Shown here: positions 46,182-56,341 of the stretch, in pieces
Layout of the letters: the number at the start of each line of letters is the position of its first letter
Position numbering within the stretch: the stretch's first letter is position 1
Origin: an uncultured bacterium
GTDB lineage: Bacteria > Planctomycetota > UBA1135 > GCA-002686595
NCBI GenBank assembly: GCA_943787795.1
Contig: CALSNU010000002.1
Coordinates: forward strand, 96,001-160,000
Direction of reading: 5' to 3'
Length of the DNA stretch: 64,000 nucleotides
Notes under the pieces: model-generated
Database searches by the model: none
Told to the model about the DNA's origin: nothing
The model's input: the letters and a program-made list of their open reading frames with translations, nothing else
Program-made: the position numbers and the translations under genes

Positions 46182-49100
46182 TTGGAAGACCCCGAAGAGA
46201 TCGTCGACCCCGCCGTTCTGGACTTCATCCAGGACTTCGAGGACGACGTGGCCGAGGGGACGCACCGCCCCCTCGGGTTCTATCTCAAGCGCTACCCCGA
46301 AGCCGAGACCCAGGTCGCCGGGGAGTTCCTGCGTCGACGCGCGGCGACGGACGAGGAAGCCAAGCGCCAGGCCAACGAGCCGGACGGCGAGCGGATCGGG
46401 CGCTACCGGATCGTGGGCGCCCTGGGCCAGGGCGGACAGGGGATGGTCTACGAGGCCGTGGATGACCGCCTGGGCCGAAGCGTCGCCCTGAAGCTCCTCC
46501 AGGGGCGGCTCATCACCCCGACGCGTCGCCGACGATTCCAGCGGGAGGCCGAGATCCTGGCGCGGATCGAGCACCACGCCATCGCCGAGATCCTCGACGC
46601 AGACTTCGATGGCGAGGAGCCCTACATCGCCATGCGCTTCGTCCCCGGGACGGACCTGGCCGCCGAGGTCCGCGCCGCGCGGTCTGGGGCCCAAACGGTC
46701 CTGCCCCTCCCCCCCGCCAACGTGCAGGACCTGCACGAGGTGCTGCGCTTCTTCGAGGGCGTCGCGCTGGCGCTGGACGCCGCCCACGAGCTGGGTGTGG
46801 TCCACCGGGACGTGAAGCCCGGCAACCTGATGGTCCGCCCCGACGGCGAGCCGGTGGTCCTGGACTTCGGGCTGGCCACAGGCTCGGAGGGCGAGGCCCT
46901 CACCCGCGTCGGCGAGGGCATGGGGACACCGGAGTACATGGCCCCCGAGCAGATCGAGGAGGGGCGCGGCGCGGTCGACGCACGGACGGATGTGTATGGC
47001 CTCGGCGTCACCCTGTACGAGGTGCTGACCGGGACGCGCCCCTTCCAGGGCCCCAGCCCACACGAGATCCAGGCCTCGATCCTGCGGGACGCCACGGCCA
47101 CGGTGGATCGGCTGAACCCCGCCCTCAACGGGAGCGTCGCCGCCGTGGTGGCGGTGGCCATGGAGCGCGACCCGGCCCGCCGCTACGGGAGCGCGCGCGA
47201 CCTCGCCGAGGACCTGCGCCGCCTGCGAGCCTTCGAGCCGATCATGGCGAGGCCGCCCGGCCCCGCCGTCCGCGTCCAGCGCTGGGCCCAGCGCCAGCCC
47301 GCCCTCGCCGCCTCCCTCGCGGGGGTCTTCCTGGCGATCACCGCGGCCTTGCTGGTGGCCCTGCACGGCATCGACGTGCGGGACGGGCTGATCGCCGACA
47401 AGAACGACGCCCTCCGGGAGAAGACCGAGGCCCTCGACTTCGCGCGCTCGCGGCTCTACCTGGCCCGCGCGGAGGAGCGCCTCGAAGGCAACCCCAGCGC
47501 CGCCCTCGCCCTGGCCGAGTACGCCGACCGGCTGCACTCCACGCCCGAATCCCGCTCGGCCCTCTTCGCCCCGCTCCTGGCCACCCGCCTCGAGCGCCGC
47601 TTCACCGCCGAGGGGACGGGCCGAGTGCGGAGCGTGGCCATGTCGCCGGATGGGAGCAAGGTGGCCGGCGTCGCGGACCAGGACCAGCTCTGGATCTGGC
47701 CCGTGGGACCGGAGCCCGGACGGCGCCTCGACCTCCCGGGCGACGGCAAGGATCTCACCGTGGTGCGGTGGCTCGACAACGACGGCGGTCAACTCGTGGG
47801 CAGCGCAGGCGGAACGGTCCACCGGGTCCGCGGCGAGACGCTGCTCTGGTCCTCAACCGGCGGGCCAGCGGTGAGCTCCATCGAGGTCGACGGCACGCGC
47901 GCCTTGGTCTGGGGCGAGGAGGGCGGAAGGGTGCTCGACCTCGCCACGGGCAACCACGTGGAGGCCGACGGGAACGAAGCATCACACCTCGCCCTCATCC
48001 GGCACCGCGTGGAGTTGACTGCTCGCCCCGGCTCCACCGAGCGATTCCTCCAGGTGCGGAACTCGGACGGAGCGGTCTCCCTGGAGATCCCGTGCCCCCC
48101 CGGCGAGGTCACCGCCCGCGTCGTGTCCGCCGACGGCACCCGCGCCGCGGTGGCCCTCAAGCCCGGACGAGTCCTTGCGTGGTTAGTGGCAACCGGAGAC
48201 ATCCTTGCAGATGAGACCGGGGAGTTCATCGCAGACTCCTTGAGCTGGACGAACCGTGGGCGCCGATTGCTCATGACCACCGAGTCCCGCAACGCCTACC
48301 TCTGGCGGGCTGAGCCTCTACCCGAGCTCTTCGAGGTCCGAGAGGCGGGACCCGGGCTCCTGACCGCCGAGTTCATCGGCGATGGGCGACGCGCCCTCTT
48401 GGTCGACCGCAGCGGGCGTCTACAGCTGATCGCCACGCCCCATCGGAGCCGGGGCGTCATCGGGCATTCCCCCGGCAAGATTCTCTGGGAGATGGAGCTC
48501 CCTCGGAGCCTCGAATGCGCGTCGAAGATCCCGCCGAGTGGGCACCTGCTCACGATAGACGTCCGCGGAAAGGCGGCCCTCTGGCGCGTGGATCCTGAGG
48601 GCGACCAACTGGAGTTGGAACACACGGTGAATCTCGGCCGGACGGCCACGGCCTCATCGCTCACTGCTGACGGCACCTTCGGCCTCTTCACCTGCGAGGA
48701 TGGATCAGCTCACCTCTGGGAGCCCGCACGGGGCACCCTGATCGAGGTCGACGGGAGCCGGCAGGCCACCTCGTGCTGCCTGCTGGAGGGGGGGCGAGTG
48801 GCCCTCGGTCAGCCGGACGGTCAGATTCGGCTCCTCGGAGACCCCACGCGTCATCGGCCCTTCGATGACCCGGCGCTCCTGCCCCCCTTCGACGACCCTC
48901 GGCTGCACCCCGTGCTGACCATGGCCCTGAGCCCCGACGGGCGGCAACTGGCAGCCTGCTACTCTCCCACTTTCGTGGTGACCTGGAACCTGGAGACCCT
49001 GGAGGTGGTTGGCCGGCGGGTCACCGTGTTGCGCACGGACAGTCTCCTTTGGAGCAACGACTGCAGCCAGATCGCGGTGGGCGCGCGCGTCGCAGGGAAC

Positions 49101-49466
49101 ACCTTCAAGATCATCAACGTCGCCACGGCCACGGCCTCACCTCGAGTCCTCCCGATCAAGGCTGGGTTGACCAGCGCGTCATTCTCGACTGAGGACGGGC
49201 TTGCCGTCGTGGGGGCCCGGGATGGGCGCGCCTACGTCTTCGGAGCTGCGCCGGAGGCGAAGTTGACCTTCGGCCTGCACTCCGCGGCGGTCAACACCGT
49301 CGACCTTGATACGAGGGGGCCGGTCACGCGCGCACTCTCCAGCGACGACGATGGTGGTCTGTACCTCTGGCCGCTCCGCCCGACTCCGGTGGCGTCCGCC
49401 TCCCTGGCCCGCGGCGTGGACGACTGGGAGCAACAGCGGATCGACGGGAGCGTCTCCGATGGGTGA
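46182..49466 (+). CDS. Hanks-type Ser/Thr protein kinase with hydrophobic segment and WD40 repeats
   Basis: LGQGGQGMVY, VALK, HRDVKPGN, DFGLA, GTPEYMAPEQ, DVYGLG; WD-like repeats (VAMSPDGSKV, ALSPDGRQLA, HSAAVNTV..LYLW). Confidence 0.95.
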   Translation: MEDPEEIVDPAVLDFIQDFEDDVAEGTHRPLGFYLKRYPEAETQVAGEFLRRRAATDEEAKRQANEPDGERIGRYRIVGALGQGGQGMVYEAVDDRLGRSVALKLLQGRLITPTRRRRFQREAEILARIEHHAIAEILDADFDGEEPYIAMRFVPGTDLAAEVRAARSGAQTVLPLPPANVQDLHEVLRFFEGVALALDAAHELGVVHRDVKPGNLMVRPDGEPVVLDFGLATGSEGEALTRVGEGMGTPEYMAPEQIEEGRGAVDARTDVYGLGVTLYEVLTGTRPFQGPSPHEIQASILRDATATVDRLNPALNGSVAAVVAVAMERDPARRYGSARDLAEDLRRLRAFEPIMARPPGPAVRVQRWAQRQPALAASLAGVFLAITAALLVALHGIDVRDGLIADKNDALREKTEALDFARSRLYLARAEERLEGNPSAALALAEYADRLHSTPESRSALFAPLLATRLERRFTAEGTGRVRSVAMSPDGSKVAGVADQDQLWIWPVGPEPGRRLDLPGDGKDLTVVRWLDNDGGQLVGSAGGTVHRVRGETLLWSSTGGPAVSSIEVDGTRALVWGEEGGRVLDLATGNHVEADGNEASHLALIRHRVELTARPGSTERFLQVRNSDGAVSLEIPCPPGEVTARVVSADGTRAAVALKPGRVLAWLVATGDILADETGEFIADSLSWTNRGRRLLMTTESRNAYLWRAEPLPELFEVREAGPGLLTAEFIGDGRRALLVDRSGRLQLIATPHRSRGVIGHSPGKILWEMELPRSLECASKIPPSGHLLTIDVRGKAALWRVDPEGDQLELEHTVNLGRTATASSLTADGTFGLFTCEDGSAHLWEPARGTLIEVDGSRQATSCCLLEGGRVALGQPDGQIRLLGDPTRHRPFDDPALLPPFDDPRLHPVLTMALSPDGRQLAACYSPTFVVTWNLETLEVVGRRVTVLRTDSLLWSNDCSQIAVGARVAGNTFKIINVATATASPRVLPIKAGLTSASFSTEDGLAVVGARDGRAYVFGAAPEAKLTFGLHSAAVNTVDLDTRGPVTRALSSDDDGGLYLWPLRPTPVASASLARGVDDWEQQRIDGSVSDG

Positions 49467-49598
49467 TCTCCGCCTCCAGATCAGATTCTTCCGGGATTCC
49501 TGTCGCGGAACCCGCGCCCGATTCACGTGAACGCGTCGGATGGGCCCCAAGGGCCCCCTCCGATACCCCCCCTGATGCCTCTTCTTCCCTTCCTCGCC

Positions 49599-51368
49599 AT
49601 GCCCCACGTCTTCCTCCTTCGCCCCCGGACCTCCGCCTGCGCCGTAGCGCTGGCGGCCCTCCAGGGCCTCTCGCTCGCCCAGAGCGGCCCTGTGTTCGAG
49701 ACCCCGTCCCGGGACGACATGTACTTCTCGATCACCTGGCGCGGCCCCTCCATCGGCCTGATGAGCGGCCCCAACACGGTGACCTCCGGCGACATCCTCC
49801 AGCCCGAGGCTCCCGGCACTGCCCTGGCGGCCCCAGCCCCCAAGATCTTCCTGCCTGCCGCCGCCATCGGCCTCCAGGGCCTGTGCGACGAGGTCCCCGG
49901 CCTCCCCTGCGCCCAGGAGCTCGACGCCCTCTCCTTCGGCTTCGACGCCAAGCTCGGCCACGCGGCCTCGCCCACCGAGGCCATCCACTTCTCGGTGGAC
50001 CGCCACGCAGAGGGCATCACCGCCTCGTTCCTCCAGCAGGGAGTGTGGACCGAGGCCGTCCTCCACGACCACGGCGCCGACGTCATGGCGTCGAACTGGT
50101 CCGGCGCCCCCGACCCCGCCGACCCCATGGCCATCGGGCACAACTTCATCTCCATCGACGGCAACGGGGTCGCCGCCTCCAGCGGTCTCGGCGCCGAGCG
50201 GCCGGGGAGCGGGCTCGTGGAGCCCAACGACCCCTCCACCGGCTGGCCCATGAACATCCACGATCGGGGGGACGAGCTGGACGCCCTCGACCTCGGCACG
50301 CCGCGGGAGCACACCCAGGGCCGCTTTTACTTCTCTGTGCAGGGCGGCGGCATCGACGTGTTCGACCCCATCGGTACGCCGCCCGTCCCCGACACCGCCG
50401 GCCTCGAGCGGGTCTCCCCCGCGGACGTGCTCATGGGTCGCCGCGGCGCCCCCCACAGGCTCTACGCCCGCTCGCGGATGCTCGGTCTCGACCCCCAGCG
50501 GGACGACATCGACGCCCTCATCATCGGTGAGAACGGTCAGCCGGGCTATCAGATGCCGCCCCGACCCTTCGAGTGGTCCAGCCAGGCCCACGACATGGTG
50601 ATTTTCTCGGTGCGCCGCGGCTCCGCCATCATCGGCACCCCCGACAGCGCCCTGGGCCTCCCCATCACCGAGGGCGACCTGCTCACCGCCCCAGGCCACA
50701 TGGGGGGTCCCCCCGCCATCGTGGCCACGGCCGAGAGCCTGGGCCTGCGCGCTGAGCGCGGCGGCGTCTCGGGGGAGAGCGACGAGCTCGACGGCGCCAC
50801 CGTGGACAAGTACGACTTTCCCGACTGCAACGACAACCTCGTGGATGACCGCATCGACATCACCTCCGGGGCGAGCTACGACGAGAACCATGACGGCATC
50901 CCCGACGACTGCCAGTACGAGGGCGGCGACTTCGGGTCCTGCCCCGACGGGTCGTCGCCCATCTGCGCCAACCTGGACTTCTGGGCGGGCTGCGAGAACA
51001 ACACCGGAGTCGGCGGCGGCCTCCACTGCATCGGGCCGGTGGACGCCCTGGACAGCTTTCGGTTCTCCGGCACGAACCTGCCGGCGTCCCAGCTCGCGGT
51101 GCTCTATCACTCGGACGGGTCGGCTCCCGTGCCCGCCGCCCTGGGGAACGGGCTCCTGTTCCTCGGCGGTTCGCTCACCGCCGCCAGTGGACTGATGAGC
51201 ACCTCATGGGACGGCACGCTCCTGACGGACGACGGCATCCTGTCCACGCTGGCCGGCGCCGCGCCGACAGCGGGCCAATCCTCGTTCTTCCAGCTGGTCT
51301 ACCGTGACGTCGGCGGCCCTTGCGGCAGCGTCTGGAACATCACCAACGGGGTCAAGCTGATCCTCTGA
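49599..51368 (+). CDS. Secreted repeat protein with Asp/Cys Ca-binding-like segment and divergent C-terminal domain
   Basis: Signal-like N-terminus (start 49575 or 49599); FS(V/I)..LGL..ELDAL repeats; DCNDNLVDD..DENHDGIPDDC; ends FFQLVYRD..WNITNGVKLIL. Confidence 0.75.
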   Translation: MPHVFLLRPRTSACAVALAALQGLSLAQSGPVFETPSRDDMYFSITWRGPSIGLMSGPNTVTSGDILQPEAPGTALAAPAPKIFLPAAAIGLQGLCDEVPGLPCAQELDALSFGFDAKLGHAASPTEAIHFSVDRHAEGITASFLQQGVWTEAVLHDHGADVMASNWSGAPDPADPMAIGHNFISIDGNGVAASSGLGAERPGSGLVEPNDPSTGWPMNIHDRGDELDALDLGTPREHTQGRFYFSVQGGGIDVFDPIGTPPVPDTAGLERVSPADVLMGRRGAPHRLYARSRMLGLDPQRDDIDALIIGENGQPGYQMPPRPFEWSSQAHDMVIFSVRRGSAIIGTPDSALGLPITEGDLLTAPGHMGGPPAIVATAESLGLRAERGGVSGESDELDGATVDKYDFPDCNDNLVDDRIDITSGASYDENHDGIPDDCQYEGGDFGSCPDGSSPICANLDFWAGCENNTGVGGGLHCIGPVDALDSFRFSGTNLPASQLAVLYHSDGSAPVPAALGNGLLFLGGSLTAASGLMSTSWDGTLLTDDGILSTLAGAAPTAGQSSFFQLVYRDVGGPCGSVWNITNGVKLIL

Positions 51369-51393
51369 GCGGCCCGCGCTGCGGCGACGAAGG

Positions 51394-51428
51394 GGGCGCC
51401 CCGGAAGCTCGTGGCTTCCGGGGCGCCC
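51394..51428. terminator. Bidirectional hairpin between convergent genes
   Basis: GGGCGCCCCGGAAGC-TCGTG-GCTTCCGGGGCGCCC, 15-bp stem. Confidence 0.75.
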
Positions 51429-51453
51429 TTCCTCTTACGGGGAATCCGAGCGA

Positions 51454-53037
51454 TCAGTGGGTGAAGGCAGCCGGCTGGTGGAGGATCCCGCCGAAGCATG
51501 ACCCGTCGATCAGGTTCTGCAGGTCCTGACGGCGGCGTTCGAGGTCGCCGAAGGGCCTGACCACACCGGAACCGGCGGCGTCCGGCATGGAGATCCCGGT
51601 CAAGAACGGGGAGAGCGCCGGAGCCACACCGGGCTCGGTCCAGTTGATGTGGGTGAAGAAGGTCCCGACCTCACCGCCGTGGCAGCCGTTGCAGGTGTTG
51701 AGCGAGAAGTGGTGACGATCGTCCGTGAAGACGCCGCCGGAACCGAACCAGAAGAAGCTGGACGGGGGGAACGGTACCTCGGTCGCCGCCCCCTCGATCG
51801 ACTCGAGCAGCGTTCCCAGCGGGTCGAGACCGTTCATGATGTCCGTGACCTCCGGCCCTCCGTTCATGTTGTTGGGGGGGGTGAGCTTGACCGTGACCTG
51901 ATCGAGCATCCCCGCCGAGTCGAGGCGGAACTCTCGCATCTGCCAGATGGTGCCGGGGATGAACTCGTTTGTGCGGAGCTGACCCAGCTCGTTCGCGTTG
52001 GGGCTGCTCGTGGCGTCAGTGAACTGAGTCGTGAGCGCCGCGAGCGCGTCGTTATAGGCCGGCGTACCCATGGCAAGGTCGCTGAGATCGGCCCAGTCCT
52101 GGCCCCACTGGCGAACATCACAGCCCGTCTTGTTGATGGCGTACTCGAAGATGGCGAGGAACCCGAGGGGCCCAGCGTCGCAGTTCTCATCCACGAAGCT
52201 GTAGACGATACGCGCCTCGCCCGCGGACCCAGCGCTGTAGCCGTTGGTGTCCCGCAAGTCGACGCGTAGGACGATGGCGATCGGGTGGAACGGAGCCGCG
52301 TCCATGTCGAGCACCCCGGTCCCCATGGGATCCCAGACGTCCAGGATCGTGTTCATGGTCGCCGCGCGCGCGGGGGTGGTGTCGCCGTTGACGGTCTGAG
52401 CCGCCCCCCAATTTGACAGCCAGTCCATGGCGAAGGCAGAGGGGTCATTCGTCCCTGCAAGCTCGGTCATCACGTGGCCAAAGGACCAGGCGCCGTCGGG
52501 GTTCCCGACCCCCGTGCAGGGGTTGAAGCTGTGGTTCAGGTCCGCAAAGACCGTGGGGTTCGTGACCATCAACGAGTTGTCGACCTCCACGGTCGTGCTC
52601 GCGCTCGTCGTAATGATCGGGATCGTCATGGGCCTCGGGCGCTTGACGAGGGTGCGTGAATTCACGCGCTCGACGAGCTCGCGGCCCTCGAAGATCGGGA
52701 TCAGCACGCCGCGCTCGGCGGAGAGTTGCAGGTCTCGGGCAATCGCGCGCTCCTCCTGGAGATCGGCGCGGACGACGCCCGTATAGACGCCGTCACCGCC
52801 GCGCTCGTCCATGTCGCGGCCGTCGTCGCGGAACAGGGTCATCTTGCGGTCCTCGAGTTCGAGTCGAACCCGTCCGCCGCGGCTCCTGTCCGCCTTGAGT
52901 TCAAGGACAGCATCGCCGGGCCGCAGCTGCTGGGAGAGGTCGAGGCGGAACTGCGCCTCGGTGAAGGTCGGCTGGAGCTGCGCACTCGCGAGAGAGGTGA
53001 GGGCGAGCGCAGCGCCAACATGAATGGGGGTCTTCAT
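51454..53037 (-). CDS. Secreted protein with choice-of-anchor-X-like motif and single CxxCH heme-c motif
   Basis: Signal peptide MKTPIHVGAALALTSLASAQ; RDDGRDMDERGGDGVYTG; FSLNTCNGCHG. Confidence 0.75.
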   Translation of the reverse strand: MKTPIHVGAALALTSLASAQLQPTFTEAQFRLDLSQQLRPGDAVLELKADRSRGGRVRLELEDRKMTLFRDDGRDMDERGGDGVYTGVVRADLQEERAIARDLQLSAERGVLIPIFEGRELVERVNSRTLVKRPRPMTIPIITTSASTTVEVDNSLMVTNPTVFADLNHSFNPCTGVGNPDGAWSFGHVMTELAGTNDPSAFAMDWLSNWGAAQTVNGDTTPARAATMNTILDVWDPMGTGVLDMDAAPFHPIAIVLRVDLRDTNGYSAGSAGEARIVYSFVDENCDAGPLGFLAIFEYAINKTGCDVRQWGQDWADLSDLAMGTPAYNDALAALTTQFTDATSSPNANELGQLRTNEFIPGTIWQMREFRLDSAGMLDQVTVKLTPPNNMNGGPEVTDIMNGLDPLGTLLESIEGAATEVPFPPSSFFWFGSGGVFTDDRHHFSLNTCNGCHGGEVGTFFTHINWTEPGVAPALSPFLTGISMPDAAGSGVVRPFGDLERRRQDLQNLIDGSCFGGILHQPAAFTH

Positions 53038-53460
53038 GGGGAGAGGGGTTAGGGCTTGAGTCTGAGCGCACCGCCGCGCGGCGCGCATACAAGGGCACGT
53101 GCGCCGAACCCCTCCGAACGCGACAGGAATCCGGGGGGAGATCGGCGATGCCCCATCGCGGGCAGCCCCGAGCTTCGACCGACGCAGGCGTCGAACAATC
53201 GAGCGAACCCTGTCGCGTTCACGCGACGCCGACACATGTGTGATCGACCGGCGCGACGGCGCCTCGAACCCCGAAGGGGGTCCGGCCGGGCGACGCGAGA
53301 GCCAGTCAACGGACGGGTCTGGCTCTCTCGGTCCAGCTCTCCCGCCTGATCTCGACTCGGCTCCGCGGCTCCTCTCCGCGGCTCCTCTCCGGGGCCCGAC
53401 CCGCCGAGTCCGCGACTCCATCTCCCCCCAGCCGACCTCCTCCCGCGCGGCCCTGACGTC

Positions 53461-53712
53461 ATGACTCCAATCCGAAAGATCCTGCGCAGCTATCGCGGCT
53501 CACTCCTCTTCTTGATCGCCCCGTCGATCCTCTTGTTTGTGACGGTGAAGGAGGTCCGCGCGCATACGTTGAGCGTCGTCACACAGCCCTCGCTCGCCGC
53601 GTCTGACGCCCCTACCGACCCCAACGACCCCAAAGACGCCGACGACGCCGACGACTCTGAAGCGAGGCCGCCCCTTGAGCGACGGGTCGCTCTCTCAGGG
53701 CCTCTCCCCTGA
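53461..53712 (+). CDS. Small hypothetical membrane/secreted protein
   Basis: Basic N-terminus, hydrophobic stretch LLFLIAPSILLFV, acidic tail. Confidence 0.45.
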   Translation: MTPIRKILRSYRGSLLFLIAPSILLFVTVKEVRAHTLSVVTQPSLAASDAPTDPNDPKDADDADDSEARPPLERRVALSGPLP

Positions 53713-53865
53713 GTTCTTCCCCCTGGCGCCTCGCCGCTCACCCCCAGGCGGCGGGGCGCTTGAGGCGCGGCTCACGCTCCAACGAGACGGACGCCGCCGC
53801 CCCATGGGGAGCAGACGGCGTCCGAGGCTCGTTCCGGCCAGGGGCGAGCCCTGGCGGTCAGCGGC

Positions 53866-54960
53866 TCACTGGAACTGGACCGAGATCCCGTCCGTGAAGT
53901 TGGAGGTCGCGACGCCGCCGACGGCGTCCCGGTGCCAGGCCTGGAAGTTCCAGGTCTCTCCCGCCGCGATGGCCACAAGGCCCGTGGGAGTCGGGGTCTG
54001 AGTCAGGTCGAGCGCCAGGGTGAAGGCTCCCACCGCCCCGGAGCTCAGGATCTGCCCCGGGCCCACGTAGCGACCGATGGAGCCGCCGAGGCAGAGGTTG
54101 CCCTGGCTCCCTCCAGGATTGGCGACGAAGCCCTGGGCCTGGCTCGTCAAGAAGAACCCAAAGGCGTTCAGGGGGAGGTCACCAGCGACGAGAGCGAGGT
54201 TGTTCTGCGAGACCGAGGCGCTCCCCGTGACCTCGACGCTGCTCGGCGCGCCGGTGGAGTTCGCGGAGCCGGGGCTGCAGTACCGGGTCCCGATCGACCC
54301 CACCCCGTCGAGGATGAAGTTGTCGAAGCTGATGATGTGGTTGCCGAACCAGAACGCGCCGCCAAAGGGCCGGTCCATGGCGATGCCAATGTAATCCACG
54401 TCCTGGATGATCGCGTTCCAAAGGGCGTCTCCGGAGAGGCCGCCCAGGGGACTGCCAGGCAGCGCAGCGAGGTCCCAGCCAGCGGGCGTGGTGGTCGAAG
54501 AGCTCGGAATGGGAGTCGAGACGGTCGTCCACGGCGAGGAGCCGAACTGGAAGAGGTCGCCGGTGTACACGAAGGCCCAGGCATCGTCAGCGAAGTCCGT
54601 CCGGGTCCCACCGTCGTTCGCGATCACAAGGAACGGGCGGGTGCCGAAGTTGGAGGAGCCCACCTCCACCTGACGATCGAAGGTGAACGACGTCACGCCC
54701 AGCCCGCGGAAGTCGCCCTTCCAGGGCTGGTTCACCGCCCCCGGCACCACCATGGCCGCCGGCAGCTGGGACGCAGAGTTCTGCACCGTCACCTCGATCC
54801 GGCCACCGGGGTTCCCGCCCGTGGTCATGTGGACGCCCACCAGAGCGGGGTTGAACTCAACGCCCCAATCGTCCGTGTTGGTGACCTCGAAGTCCTCGGT
54901 GGCGACCTGGGCCGCGGCGCTTGAGCTGAGGGCGAGGGCGAGAAGGAGGGAGTTGCGCAT
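53866..54960 (-). CDS. Secreted protein with conserved ~140-aa C-terminal domain
   Basis: Signal peptide MRNSLLLALALSSSAAAQ; C-terminal domain paralogous to that of 12004-13074. Confidence 0.85.
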   Translation of the reverse strand: MRNSLLLALALSSSAAAQVATEDFEVTNTDDWGVEFNPALVGVHMTTGGNPGGRIEVTVQNSASQLPAAMVVPGAVNQPWKGDFRGLGVTSFTFDRQVEVGSSNFGTRPFLVIANDGGTRTDFADDAWAFVYTGDLFQFGSSPWTTVSTPIPSSSTTTPAGWDLAALPGSPLGGLSGDALWNAIIQDVDYIGIAMDRPFGGAFWFGNHIISFDNFILDGVGSIGTRYCSPGSANSTGAPSSVEVTGSASVSQNNLALVAGDLPLNAFGFFLTSQAQGFVANPGGSQGNLCLGGSIGRYVGPGQILSSGAVGAFTLALDLTQTPTPTGLVAIAAGETWNFQAWHRDAVGGVATSNFTDGISVQFQ

Positions 54961-55060
54961 GACGGAGGCCGGGAGGGGGGAGGGGACGGCGGAGAGAACA
55001 AGATAGTCCCCGGATAGCAGACTCGCCGACCCGGGGAGGCCTGGAGGCTATGGGCGTGAC

Positions 55061-56341
55061 CTAGAGTGCGACAGCCGGGCCAGAGACCGCGATGGCGCAG
55101 GCGTCCGGGTGGAGGTGCTCGGCGGCCACGCGCAGCACATCCTCGACGTTGACCGCAGCGAACTCCGCGGGGAGGCGCTCCAGATGATCGGACGGGAAGC
55201 CGTGAATCTCGGCGCTCACGAGGTACTGGGCGCGACGCGCTGCGCGCTCGAAGCCCATGGCAAAGGACCCCACGAGGTAGCTCTTGGCCACCGAGAGTTC
55301 CTCCTCGGGCACGGGCTCTTGGCCGATGCGCCGCATCTCCGTGGCGAAGCCGTCCAGGGCCGTGTGCACGTGCTCCGGGCTCGTTCCGATGTAGGCGCGG
55401 AACATGCCCGGCAGCTTTCCGGCGGTCCCGTGAATGTCTGCATGCACGGTGTAGGCGAGGCCAAGCTCGTCCCGCAGGATCCGTGTGATTCGGTTCGTGA
55501 ACCCCGGCCCGGTACCGAGCACGTGATCCATGACTGCCAGCGGCACGTAGTCAGGGTGCGCACGCTCGATCCCGAGGTGGCCCAGGTGCACGTGAACCTG
55601 CTGCCGGTCACGCTCAAAGGCCGCAGTGCGGCGCTCGATGGGCGGGAATGACGGCTTGGTCCGCTCGTGGGGTGCCCCCACGGGCACGGCTCCAAACGCC
55701 CGCTCCGCGTGGTCGCGGACCTGGTCCGGGTCGACGTCACCGACGACCGCGATCACCAGCCGCGAGCCGCACCAGTTCGCCGCGCGATGAGCGCGGAGGT
55801 CCGCGGCCGTGATGCGCGAGACCGACTCGAAGTCGCCGTAGGTGTTGCGGCCCAGGAAGTGCTGGTCGCCGTACACCAGGCGCTTGAACAGGATCCCCCC
55901 CTGGGCCCGCGGGTCATCCGCCTCCACCTCGAGGCGCGTCTTCATCCGCTGGAGCTGTCGCTCGATCATGGCGTCGGGGTAAGCCGCGTCCGTGACGAGC
56001 TCACCCAGCACCTCCATCAGGACTCGCCACGCCGTCCCGGCCACGGCTCCAGAGAGGCCCATGGCATCTCCGCTGACGCCACCTCCCTCGGGCTCAAGCA
56101 GCGCCGCGATGTCCTGGTCTGTGCGCGCGGACGTGCCCTGATCCGCGAAGGCTCCGGTGAGGTGAACCACCCCCTCCTTGCCTGCCGGGTCGAGCCCCGG
56201 ACCGCCCCGCACATGGACGCGCACCGCTGTCACCGCCGAGGACGGCCGACGATGGACGAGGAGCACCGCCCCGCAGGCGAGGACGAACCGCTCCCTCTCC
56301 ACTTCGATCCTGGGGGCGTCTGCCTTGGACTGAGCGCTCAT
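55061..56341 (-). CDS. M16B peptidase, non-catalytic subunit
   Basis: M16 fold, HxxEH replaced by HLTGA; LRDELGLAY R/Y pair. Confidence 0.88.
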   Translation of the reverse strand: MSAQSKADAPRIEVERERFVLACGAVLLVHRRPSSAVTAVRVHVRGGPGLDPAGKEGVVHLTGAFADQGTSARTDQDIAALLEPEGGGVSGDAMGLSGAVAGTAWRVLMEVLGELVTDAAYPDAMIERQLQRMKTRLEVEADDPRAQGGILFKRLVYGDQHFLGRNTYGDFESVSRITAADLRAHRAANWCGSRLVIAVVGDVDPDQVRDHAERAFGAVPVGAPHERTKPSFPPIERRTAAFERDRQQVHVHLGHLGIERAHPDYVPLAVMDHVLGTGPGFTNRITRILRDELGLAYTVHADIHGTAGKLPGMFRAYIGTSPEHVHTALDGFATEMRRIGQEPVPEEELSVAKSYLVGSFAMGFERAARRAQYLVSAEIHGFPSDHLERLPAEFAAVNVEDVLRVAAEHLHPDACAIAVSGPAVAL

